Positions 45,520-54,355 of a stretch of DNA of 64,000 bases are shown here, one piece after another; position 1 is the stretch's first letter, and the number at the start of each line of letters is the position of its first letter. Under the pieces are notes generated by a model. It saw only the letters and a list, made by a program, of their open reading frames with translations. It was not told the origin of the DNA and did not search any database. Origin of the DNA: a virus; the IMG/VR virus record IMGVR_UViG_3300023202_000205, positions 1 through 64,000 of that record. One strand, 5' to 3'. The translations under genes and the position numbers were made by a program.

Positions 45520-46299
45520 TCAGGACAGCGGCGCGACGTCACGAGCGTCGCTCACCAGAGCGCCGCCATCGAGACGAACAGCGGTAGTGCCGGCCGTGAA
45601 GGTCGGGGTGAAAGCCAGGGTCAGGAATCCCTCAGGACCCATGAAGACCGCAGCCGGAGAGACGATGCCAACCACCGTATCGGTAGCGGCCTGCTGGGGC
45701 ACCAGAAGGCCAACAGCCGCCGGAGTATCGGTGGAAGTAGCACCCGAACCCGTAGCGACCGCAGTCAGCAAAGTGCCTGGGGTGTAGTCACCAATGGCGA
45801 CACCAGTGGTTCCCACGCCCGCGTTGAAGCTGTTCTGAGTGTTGTCCATCGCGAAAGCGGTGGTGCTCAGCTCAGCAGCGGCGATGTGTTGGATGGTCGC
45901 GAAACCACCAGCAACGTTGTCACCGATACCACGGTTGGCGATGCCCGGCCAGCCCGGCGAACCAGGACCACCGATACCCTCGATGGAGTCACCGTCGACG
46001 GTCTCGTCGGCAGGCTTATCGAGGAAACCTGGCATGCCGCGATCACGCTGCACGTCAGGAGCGTTGTTCACGTCGAGGCCGGACCACCCGTAGTAGGGGA
46101 CCTGACCTTGGTTGGTGATACCAACCGTCAGAGAGCCGTTGGTGGCAATGGTGTAAACCTTACCAGCGGTGGCTTCATCGGCGACATTGACTCGGCCGAT
46201 GAGACCGCTGTCAAGAGCGCCATTGTAGTAGGGGAGGGTGTTCCGGTCGCCATAGCGGACGTCCAGCTTGAACTGCCCCATTGAGGACTGCAGGACCAT
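45520..46299 (-). CDS. Capsid decoration/cement-like protein
   Basis: Gly/Thr/Ala-rich, immediately upstream of the MCP, with a strong SD. Confidence 0.55.
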   Translation of the reverse strand: MVLQSSMGQFKLDVRYGDRNTLPYYNGALDSGLIGRVNVADEATAGKVYTIATNGSLTVGITNQGQVPYYGWSGLDVNNAPDVQRDRGMPGFLDKPADETVDGDSIEGIGGPGSPGWPGIANRGIGDNVAGGFATIQHIAAAELSTTAFAMDNTQNSFNAGVGTTGVAIGDYTPGTLLTAVATGSGATSTDTPAAVGLLVPQQAATDTVVGIVSPAAVFMGPEGFLTLAFTPTFTAGTTAVRLDGGALVSDARDVAPLS

Positions 46300-46351
46300 A
46301 ATTTACTTCCTTTCGTAATTCGGGTCTGCGAACGAAGAGGCTGAACGTCGA

Positions 46352-46792
46352 TCAGCCAAGGTGGAGACGCTGGAGAGCCGCACGAGCGTGCTTCTCCCAG
46401 GCGCCATCCGAGGTTTCCTGTTCAGGAGTTTGGCTGTCGTGAACGACCTGAGCCCGCTTCGGAGCCCCAGAATGCTTAGCAAGCTGGGCCATCTTGGCGA
46501 GAGCCACTTTGTGATCTCCCAGGATCTGAGAGGCGAAGACGTCCGCCTGCTCCTGAGTACTGAGAAGGTTGGATTCCAGGAGCGCGGCAGCTGCGGTTTT
46601 CGCCATAGGCGCCAACTCAGCCTTCACAGACTCCTGAGCCGCAGCGGTCTTGGTATGCTCTGCAGCAGCCTTCTGAGCCTGGGCCAGCTTCTTCTGGGTG
46701 TCTTCCAGGACGCCCGCTGCTGACTCCAGGGCATCAGCCTGTTTGTCCAGGTTGTCTGCCGCCTGCTTGAGCTGCTTGTAGGTAGTGGTCAT
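46352..46792 (-). CDS. Coiled-coil scaffold-like head protein
   Basis: Ala/Gln/Lys helical composition with many K-x-A motifs. Confidence 0.55.
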   Translation of the reverse strand: MTTTYKQLKQAADNLDKQADALESAAGVLEDTQKKLAQAQKAAAEHTKTAAAQESVKAELAPMAKTAAAALLESNLLSTQEQADVFASQILGDHKVALAKMAQLAKHSGAPKRAQVVHDSQTPEQETSDGAWEKHARAALQRLHLG

Positions 46793-46822
46793 GTTGACTT
46801 CCTCTATTGCAACAAGTTACGG

Positions 46823-48253
46823 TCACCGCCGAAGGGCTGCAACCTTCTCTAGGATGAGGGTACGATAGCGACGCTCAGGGGCCACACCGGCCGTCTTCAG
46901 CGCTTTGGCGACCTTGCCGATTTCGGCACCAGCCTCCGGGGGAAGTGGGGCAGACATCAGCTGGGCCAGGGCCGCTTCATCGAGCCCAAGCTCACCACCG
47001 ACGGCGCCAAGGGCAGCCTCCTCTTCCGGGCTAGCGGGGGTCAGTTCGTCTTCGAGCGAGCCCTCGGCCTGGGCCTCTTCAGAGACTTCTCCGCCGTTCT
47101 CGTCGTCGTAGGAGCCTTCCCCCATCACGCCTTCGTCCTCTTCGTAGGACATATCGCCTTTTTCGTCACCCTCACCGCTGGCTTCTGCGGGCGGCATTCC
47201 GCCCTCTTCACCATTTTCGTAGGACATTTCCTTATGTTTGGCTTCTTCCTCATAGGACTCTTCACCCTCGGGCATGGCCTTCTTGGTGTTGGAGTCGTTG
47301 AGCTTGCCATCATCCTTCAGATCTTCTTTGTTCTGCTCGAACTTGCTGGACTGGCCTTTATCGTCCTTGCCTTCACCCTCGTCACCCTTGTCCTCGTCCT
47401 TGTCGGACATCTCCTCAGCGAGCTTCATAGCGAACTGGTAGCCCGCCTGGATCTCCGCCGGATAAAAGGACGCGAGCTTCTTGAGGTACTCAGGATGATC
47501 CGGGTCGATATCGGCAGCAGCCAGCTTGGCTTCCATCATATCGTTCTGAGGGACCGCATTGACCGCTTCAGCAGCAGCATCGATCTCCCCAGGCTGGACG
47601 GCGCCGGCCGAAGAAGCCTCTTGCAGAATAGCGTTGGCCTCCTCATCACCGATCGCGCCGCTCTCGATCTGCTCCATCAGGGAGCTAGCAGCGGCGTCCG
47701 CCAGGTCCGCGTCATCCATCGCCTGGGCGTGCTTGCGTAGCTCTTCGTTGTCGGTCGCACGAGCACACTTGGCCAAGAAACGGTCCAGGGGGCTCAGGGA
47801 CGCCTCCGCCAGTTTGCGGAGCTCAGCGGCCTGCTTGCGAAGCTCGGCGGCAGCGCCCTTGAAGGCACCGCTATCCCAGCCGTCATTCTTGGGCATCTGG
47901 CTGGTCTCTTCGCCGTTGTCGGCCTTGCCAACCCCACCCGAGGCCATCTCAGAGCCCTTGGTACCCTCCTGGCCATCAGCATCGACCGCTGTCGCCTCGT
48001 CGCTCGACATATCCACCGATTCCCCAGTGGGGTTTTCGGAAGCATTCGTGTCGACCGAGGGATCGGCGTACTGCTCCTTCTGGGCCTTGATCTGAGCGGC
48101 GGCCTGCTCACCAGTGGTGGCTGGCGACTCACCGTCATCAGCATTGTCGAGCTTCGAACTGACATCGCCCGCCTCCTTCACGGCAGCCGTCTTGCTGGCG
48201 GAAGCCTTTTTGATGAGGGCATCGAGGTCATCGAGAATGCGCTTGGTTGTCAT
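46823..48253 (-). CDS. Acidic scaffold / internal head protein
   Basis: 476 aa, highly acidic, between the protease and MCP, with many K-x-A motifs. Confidence 0.6.
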   Translation of the reverse strand: MTTKRILDDLDALIKKASASKTAAVKEAGDVSSKLDNADDGESPATTGEQAAAQIKAQKEQYADPSVDTNASENPTGESVDMSSDEATAVDADGQEGTKGSEMASGGVGKADNGEETSQMPKNDGWDSGAFKGAAAELRKQAAELRKLAEASLSPLDRFLAKCARATDNEELRKHAQAMDDADLADAAASSLMEQIESGAIGDEEANAILQEASSAGAVQPGEIDAAAEAVNAVPQNDMMEAKLAAADIDPDHPEYLKKLASFYPAEIQAGYQFAMKLAEEMSDKDEDKGDEGEGKDDKGQSSKFEQNKEDLKDDGKLNDSNTKKAMPEGEESYEEEAKHKEMSYENGEEGGMPPAEASGEGDEKGDMSYEEDEGVMGEGSYDDENGGEVSEEAQAEGSLEDELTPASPEEEAALGAVGGELGLDEAALAQLMSAPLPPEAGAEIGKVAKALKTAGVAPERRYRTLILEKVAALRR

Positions 48254-48301
48254 AACTGTGTCCTTGACTCAAAAAGTTACGCAACAGCGAGCAACCAGCA
48301 A

Positions 48302-49600
48302 CTAGAACGTTGCTGCAACCGTCTTCAGGACGGCATGTTCCGTCTGGTGCTGTGCTGCGAAAGCCAGCTTGTAGTGGCCATAGAGAGCCGCAAAGCCACG
48401 CGCTTCGTGCTCGTCCAGGGCCTGCTTGGCAAGTTTAGGCGTTTTCATGATGGTCATCCGGATAACGCGAGCGTTAGCGGAATCGGGCTTCATAGACGTA
48501 CGAGTATCCAAATCAGCTCTTGCAGACTCGGACAAAGGGATGTAGTCACTGACTGCTGGGACCTCAAGAGCCTTGACCTCGCTGTGGTCGTCCACCAAGT
48601 CGTCAAGCGCTCCGTGCTCCTCCACCGCCTGTCCACAGCCTCCTGGCGACGGGTGTCCGATCACGCTCCCAAAGTCCTCTGGGCTGAGGAGCCAGTCATT
48701 GGCGTGAAGGAACGCCAGGAGGTGATCCATCCCGTGGATTTTGGCCTGCTTCTGCAGTTCAGTGGTGGTCTCCTCAGAGAGCTCCTCTGGGCCAGTTGCC
48801 TTGCGGAGTGTAGCAGGGACCTCTTTGTACATGGCCGCCAATGCTCTGAGGGTGGCGTACTTCGGGTCCCCAACTGCCCGGAGACCATAGATCTCAGCCA
48901 GTTCGTGACCTCCAATGACCCCGCCCCCGGCCGCAGCCACCTTCTTCAGGGTATAAGCGATGCGGTCAGCTGGTTTGAATACCAAACTGATGTCGAAGTA
49001 CTTGGGGTTCGGGTTCTGCATGTAGACCTTGCGGCCGTCAGACAGAAGCTGTCCCAGCATATTCTTGATGTGATGACAATGATCTGCTGCCGTGGGTGCT
49101 TTGTGCTGGCACACAGAGCAGACGTCGAAGTCCTGCATCGACCCCATCGAAACCGGCACGTCTTCACCCTTATCCAGGGCATCAACCTCTCGCCGGCACT
49201 TATCGTTATCCAGACCAAGGAGGAGCTGGACACGGGACATGTTTTGGTGGTGAGCCGTAGCGATCACATCACCAGCCGCCTTGAGCGGATCGTTGTTCTG
49301 GTGGTTCTTGAAGACGTTACCAAGCTCTTTGAAGGTCTTATGTGCAGTAACGTTATCCTTGCGGCTAAAACCGTCTCCATTGCGGTTTGGGCCGTAAATC
49401 TCCTCATCACCCAACGCGATTACGTGAATGACCGTCTTACCAGGGATCGGCTTGAGATCCTGAAGTACGTCATGAAACACGCCTTGGTAACTCGCGTGCT
49501 TACACAACCAGTCACCGTCCACTCCACGGCTGTAGAGAGGGACCAGCTGAGCAGCGGTTTCGCCAAAGTCGAAAGAGTTCGTGACAACCTTGGTAATCAT
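48302..49600 (-). CDS. Prohead maturation protease (HK97/herpes-like serine protease) with a Zn-finger insertion
   Basis: PNRNGDGF, VFKNHQN (His), PVSMGS (Ser), CSVC...HCHH and YFDISLVFKPAD. Confidence 0.75.
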   Translation of the reverse strand: MITKVVTNSFDFGETAAQLVPLYSRGVDGDWLCKHASYQGVFHDVLQDLKPIPGKTVIHVIALGDEEIYGPNRNGDGFSRKDNVTAHKTFKELGNVFKNHQNNDPLKAAGDVIATAHHQNMSRVQLLLGLDNDKCRREVDALDKGEDVPVSMGSMQDFDVCSVCQHKAPTAADHCHHIKNMLGQLLSDGRKVYMQNPNPKYFDISLVFKPADRIAYTLKKVAAAGGGVIGGHELAEIYGLRAVGDPKYATLRALAAMYKEVPATLRKATGPEELSEETTTELQKQAKIHGMDHLLAFLHANDWLLSPEDFGSVIGHPSPGGCGQAVEEHGALDDLVDDHSEVKALEVPAVSDYIPLSESARADLDTRTSMKPDSANARVIRMTIMKTPKLAKQALDEHEARGFAALYGHYKLAFAAQHQTEHAVLKTVAATF

Positions 49601-50793
49601 TCGTTGCCTTCCGCTTCCTGCGCTGCCTGCATGAGGGCGACATCCTGAGGATCCGTCGACATGGTATCAACCCCACCATAGGGCCACGCTTCCGCAGCTG
49701 CCGACGCCCCCCACACCCCTAAAGGTGCGGCAAGGCTGCGCCGGAAAAGACGACCTATGTCGGTACTCCCGCCACCACGGAGCGGATTACGCGTACCGTA
49801 CTGCTTAAGAGCACCCGCGAGTTGATGGGGGTCAGCTCCTGTAGCTCGCTCAAGACTGGTGAGCAGCCTCCCAGCGTCAGGACGCTGCCGCATCCTGCCC
49901 GTAGTACGTAGTTTCTGAGCAGCCTCCAACTGCTGTGCCAGTCTTTTTGGAGTAAGCGTCCGTTCAGAGAACGGTCTCATCTGAGTATCTCCAGAACGGG
50001 AACGGCCCCAGTCCTCCCCAGCAACACGGCTGACCAACCTATGCAAATCACTACCGGTAAGCTTAGCCCCGCGAGAAGCGGTTGACTCCAAGGCATCAGC
50101 AAGATTGGCTGCTCGCTGTGCAGTCACAGCAGGGTCTGGGTCCGCGAGAGCGTTCATCAACGCCCCCAAACGACGATCTGCGCGACCCCCCGTACCTGGT
50201 GCTGGTGCCTTTACGGTAGTGCCAAGCCCGCTTCTGGCATCAGTCACTTCTCCTAGCGAGCGAGCCCGTGCTGTCTCGGGCGACCGCTGCATAACCCGCA
50301 GGTCATCGATGACGCCACGCAGATTAGGGTTCTCAGCAGCATAGGGCAGCCACTTATTAAGTGCCTCAGCCGCACGTGGAGAAATTCGATGGAGCGCCTG
50401 CTGCCCAGCCCGACTACCGAGGAAGGTGTGCGCTGCTCCCGCAGCAACACCCGCTCCACCTTCTGCGCTCGCGACATCTTCTGCAAAATCGGCAAGAGGA
50501 GTGGTGCTCAGCTCATCCGACTCTACCGGCCGCTTACCGCCGACATCCATACCGGCGGCACGGGCCTTCCCCATCGCCCAATCCCGGATCTGGGGATAGA
50601 AGTAAGCACCCGTACCAAGCGCGCCAAGGCCGCCTAAGGTACCCAGTACCGCCCACATACGACGCCGCTTTCGACGCTCCTCATCCTCCTTCTGCTCGGG
50701 AGTGAGGTACTGTTCGTCCTCGACATCCTCAGCGAACTTCCGCATCTCATACGAATCTGTGAGGAGCTTGGCTGCGTCATCGGCAAACGTCAC
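49597..50793 (-). CDS. Probable internal head protein with a Gly-rich TM-like segment
   Basis: MRKFAE. AVLGTLGGLGALGTGAYFY. Confidence 0.55.
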   Translation of the reverse strand: MTFADDAAKLLTDSYEMRKFAEDVEDEQYLTPEQKEDEERRKRRRMWAVLGTLGGLGALGTGAYFYPQIRDWAMGKARAAGMDVGGKRPVESDELSTTPLADFAEDVASAEGGAGVAAGAAHTFLGSRAGQQALHRISPRAAEALNKWLPYAAENPNLRGVIDDLRVMQRSPETARARSLGEVTDARSGLGTTVKAPAPGTGGRADRRLGALMNALADPDPAVTAQRAANLADALESTASRGAKLTGSDLHRLVSRVAGEDWGRSRSGDTQMRPFSERTLTPKRLAQQLEAAQKLRTTGRMRQRPDAGRLLTSLERATGADPHQLAGALKQYGTRNPLRGGGSTDIGRLFRRSLAAPLGVWGASAAAEAWPYGGVDTMSTDPQDVALMQAAQEAEGNE

Positions 50794-50795
50794 GG

Positions 50796-52181
50796 TTACT
50801 CTTCCTTCGCCTCACGCCCCTTGGAGCGGGCCCGAATTTGGAGGTCCAGAGGAACACTACCCTCCGTCGCGAGATGCTGGCGCACGTAACTGATCATTTC
50901 AGCGCGACCAAAATCCGGATTTACCGACATGGCCGCGTTGTAGGCATCGATGACCTCTGGGGTGCTGTGCCCACTGATGTAGTCGTCCTGCATCAGGTTC
51001 TCGATCGAGCTACGGGCGTCGATGTTCCTCATCTCTTGGCGAAAATCATAGCCTGGTGCCTGAGGGCCACCCTCGCCTTCAGGGGCACCGCCACCAATGG
51101 CGTGCTGGAGCACATCTGGGGTAAGGCCGGTAAACTCCTCAGGAGCCTTTTCGATAGGCTCAGCGAACTCTCCCAGGCTCGCAGACACGTTGGTCTGGAC
51201 GCCAAGAGGACTATTAGAGTAAGGAGAACCGGCTGCTTCTTTTGGGAACAAGGCATTCTCCGCCGCTGACTGCTGCTCTTGCAAAATGCCCCGAGCAGTG
51301 TGAACGTCGGCCGCCTCCTTCCAAAGAGTGTCCGCGCGAACACAATGTTCTGCTAGCTCATACACCTTGGGCAGGGCGTAAATCCTAGACGCTGTCTTCA
51401 CGCTCAAGTCTGCCCGCTGCTCACCGAACTTCTCGATATCGCAGGTAGCGAAGATCATATCAAGCGTCGCCTTCTCAGCACCCATCGCCGCAGCAGTTTT
51501 CTCTACCTCAGCCCACTTGGGGGCATCGAGCCGCCGCATCCCATTAGCTACCTTCTGCATCTCACCCATGCAGTCATCGACTCGCTTGAGGTACCTGAGG
51601 TTCGCTTCTTCAATACCAATGCGGTAATGACTCAGCTTGGCGAACGGGGTTGGATTGACGTATTCAGCTACCTTCTGCTGAGGCTCCGAAAGCCCCCAGC
51701 CCTCGCGCAACTGACCAGCATAATCTGGCTGCTCTTCGCGTAGCCGATAATCTCCCTGCTCTAAGTAGCTATTTGAAGCCGACTTACGAAGATCCTCCTG
51801 GATCTCGTCGGCATCTGGTGCGTCCATCTTCGCCTCGGTATCCTCACCAGGCGTCTCTTGGACCCCATAGCGATACCCGGTGTTCTGGTCTGCATTAGTT
51901 GCAGGCTGCGTATCCCCATGTGGCCGCACCTTCTCCGGGTCGATCAGAGGAAACTCCTTCTCCCGGTCATCTTCAGGGCTGTTTTGAATGTGAGCAAGCT
52001 GCCGCCCGTTATTCACCGCGTGGGCCACGACTTCGACCTCGTGGTCGTTCATGTCGTTGTCCTTGGCGATCTTGGAAAGCGCCGCATTAGGCTCGACTCC
52101 GACATTCATGAGACCAACGGTCTCCTCAGCCGCTTTCATCAGCTGATCCTGCCGAGCACTGCTCATGAGCTGTTCAGTCAT
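50796..52181 (-). CDS. Probable head protein (K-x-A rich)
   Basis: LMKAAE, LRKSAS, MQKVAN, VEKTAA, VKTAS, PKEAA. Confidence 0.55.
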   Translation of the reverse strand: MTEQLMSSARQDQLMKAAEETVGLMNVGVEPNAALSKIAKDNDMNDHEVEVVAHAVNNGRQLAHIQNSPEDDREKEFPLIDPEKVRPHGDTQPATNADQNTGYRYGVQETPGEDTEAKMDAPDADEIQEDLRKSASNSYLEQGDYRLREEQPDYAGQLREGWGLSEPQQKVAEYVNPTPFAKLSHYRIGIEEANLRYLKRVDDCMGEMQKVANGMRRLDAPKWAEVEKTAAAMGAEKATLDMIFATCDIEKFGEQRADLSVKTASRIYALPKVYELAEHCVRADTLWKEAADVHTARGILQEQQSAAENALFPKEAAGSPYSNSPLGVQTNVSASLGEFAEPIEKAPEEFTGLTPDVLQHAIGGGAPEGEGGPQAPGYDFRQEMRNIDARSSIENLMQDDYISGHSTPEVIDAYNAAMSVNPDFGRAEMISYVRQHLATEGSVPLDLQIRARSKGREAKEE

Positions 52182-52962
52182 GGGTAATCACCTCGTAACT
52201 GCCTGCTCGCTCTTCGCGGGCCGGTAGGTTCAAGTTACGCTCATCCGTAGGATCAGCAACGGAGATAGAGAGGTCTTCAAAGAAGACATCGATGGCTCGG
52301 TCCATATCGTTGTTACCACTGCTCGCGCCCGAGTCTTTCTGGTCCATCAGGCGGCCCACCCACTCAGGCAGCTCCCGATGGGTGCCGGCCGAGAAGGACA
52401 TCATAGCTACCTGGGTCATCAGAACCTCGTGAACCATGGACTTCATCTGCTGCACCGTCGTTTCCGAGGACAAACCGGCACCCAACATCTCTCGAAAAGC
52501 AACCGGCCCGAGTTTGTAAGCCATCCTCAAAGCCGTCCCACGGGTATCCCCTAGGTGCGTGTTGGTATGTGGGAGGCCCCCGAAAACGGCTGAATTCAAC
52601 CAGATAGGCCTATCAAGCCCAGACCGCACCCAGAAGAAGAGATCATGGTAGAGTTCTACCACTTCTGGGGTGCTATAGATGTCGTACGCGATTGGATCGT
52701 CCTTCTCCCCAGCGATCAGAAACCCCTCCAACTGAAGTCTCATCTCAGGGCGGTTCATAAACAGCTCGTAAGCTGCTTCATGCTTTTTGAACTCACCGGG
52801 CATCAACCCACGGTCAAGCGCCCTTCGAAACTCGAAAGCACGCCTCGTTACCTCATCCTCCTGCTGGAGGCGAGCCAGCGCCGCAGTCGTTGAATACTGA
52901 GACAGCTCGGCCACTCGCGCCCAGCGCCAGTCAGGCCGATCAGGAGCTAGCAGCCGATCCAC
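52174..52962 (-). CDS. Hypothetical phage protein
   Basis: 262-aa ORF coupled to its neighbours. Confidence 0.65.
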   Translation of the reverse strand: MDRLLAPDRPDWRWARVAELSQYSTTAALARLQQEDEVTRRAFEFRRALDRGLMPGEFKKHEAAYELFMNRPEMRLQLEGFLIAGEKDDPIAYDIYSTPEVVELYHDLFFWVRSGLDRPIWLNSAVFGGLPHTNTHLGDTRGTALRMAYKLGPVAFREMLGAGLSSETTVQQMKSMVHEVLMTQVAMMSFSAGTHRELPEWVGRLMDQKDSGASSGNNDMDRAIDVFFEDLSISVADPTDERNLNLPAREERAGSYEVITHD

Positions 52963-52970
52963 TCAGGGCC

Positions 52971-53180
52971 TCAGCTCTTGGGCTGAGCGACGGACAGCTT
53001 CTCGCAGCCGACCTCGTAGAACTGGTTGAACTCATCCTCGCTCAAGCCCAGGTCACGGGCACACTTGGCGAAGCCGAGCTCAAAGGCCTGCTCCCGGTCG
53101 AACCGATCCACTGCGGCCAGCTTACGCTGCTGGTCTTCGCTCAGCTTGATCTGCTTCTTAGACATGCGACTAACCCTCAC
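52971..53180 (-). CDS. Small K-x-A protein
   Basis: QRKLAA...GFAKCARDLG. Confidence 0.6.
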   Translation of the reverse strand: MRVSRMSKKQIKLSEDQQRKLAAVDRFDREQAFELGFAKCARDLGLSEDEFNQFYEVGCEKLSVAQPKS

Positions 53181-53236
53181 AAGGTTTCATGTGTAACTGA
53201 ATACGCAGGTTACGTGAAGAACACCCTCAGAGCAAC

Positions 53237-54355
53237 CTACTTGCGCTCCTCGGGGCGTAGATTCTTCAACGCCTTTTGGAGCATGGACTTAGGAGTCGTT
53301 TTCCGCTTCTGAAAGAGCACCTCACCCAGAGCTTGGGCCGTTTTCTCAACACCATGGGCGACGCCGCTAGACGACAGAGGTGGAGTACTATTGGTGCTCG
53401 CCCGGGTGAGTCCTTTACCAACCGCGTTTACCGCCGCTGATTGGTTCTCCGGCTTTTCCTGCTGAACCGGGTAACCCGTGCCGGGGGTGTGCTCTCCTAC
53501 ATTCCGCGTAATCCCCTGCGAGGTATAACCGTCGGAAGAACTGCTGTTCGCGTCCGCCGCCCGTTTCAAAACAGCTACTGTGGTCTTCATAGCTATTCCT
53601 TGTTTGATGTTGCCGGCTGAAGGCAGGTTCGCGCCTACAGCCTGCCCCTGATACCCACCTGCAGCGTGGCCACCACTAGGCTGAAAAGCCATCTGCGGTT
53701 GAGCTGGTTGGGGCTGCTGAGCTGATTGATTTTGACTGAAGGCATCCCTAACAGGCGTAACGACATTCTGGTCAAACCAGCCCGCCGCCTGATTGAGGAA
53801 TCCAGGACCTGTGTCCTTGGTCTGCTGTTCTTGCTGGGCTTGTGTCGGAACAGAGTTCGAAGCTGTATCCTGGGTAGCCCCCTGCTGGGCCTGAGTAGGC
53901 TGCTGAGTTTGAGCATACCAGCCAGGAAAGTTCTGCTTGTAATAGTTGATACGCTCTTGTCTTTTCGCCTCAGCTTGTTGCTGACGCTCCGCACGAGCAG
54001 ACCGCATATTGGCGCTCTGGGAACGAGCTTTGGCCTCGTACTGTGCGAGTTGCTCGGGTGTGGTCGACTCCGTCACCGGCATACCACCGGATGCTTGCCC
54101 CACCACGTAGCGCTTCTCACCTGTCTCCGGGTCAGTAAAGACACCTCTCGGCTCCCGAGCACCGGGTAGCTCTCTCCCCATAAGCCGCTCATCCAGCGAT
54201 TGCTCAGGCTGAGCTTGTTCAAGGTCAGCCTGTGTGAGCCCATACCACTGTCCGGTCTCCGGGTCGGCGTAGCTCATACCACTCGGAGAAGGCTCCACTG
54301 GCTGGCCTCGCTCAGAGCGCAGTCGCGTAGCAGCAAGCTTTCCTAGTCGGGACAT
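53237..54355 (-). CDS. Q/P-rich probable internal head protein
   Basis: TGATG overlap at 54355. Starts MSRLGKLAA. Confidence 0.6.
   Translation of the reverse strand: MSRLGKLAATRLRSERGQPVEPSPSGMSYADPETGQWYGLTQADLEQAQPEQSLDERLMGRELPGAREPRGVFTDPETGEKRYVVGQASGGMPVTESTTPEQLAQYEAKARSQSANMRSARAERQQQAEAKRQERINYYKQNFPGWYAQTQQPTQAQQGATQDTASNSVPTQAQQEQQTKDTGPGFLNQAAGWFDQNVVTPVRDAFSQNQSAQQPQPAQPQMAFQPSGGHAAGGYQGQAVGANLPSAGNIKQGIAMKTTVAVLKRAADANSSSSDGYTSQGITRNVGEHTPGTGYPVQQEKPENQSAAVNAVGKGLTRASTNSTPPLSSSGVAHGVEKTAQALGEVLFQKRKTTPKSMLQKALKNLRPEERK

Noticed and set aside
44863-46284. 473-aa plus-strand ORF antisense to the capsid and decoration genes
   Set aside because: It is in exact codon register with both sense genes. 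Antisense stops need sense TTA/CTA/TCA codons, which these GC3-biased, highly expressed genes avoid. It is a shadow ORF with no recognisable motifs.
48335-49648. 437-aa plus-strand ORF antisense to the prohead protease
   Set aside because: It is also in register with the sense gene (offset 33 nt), so it is a shadow ORF.
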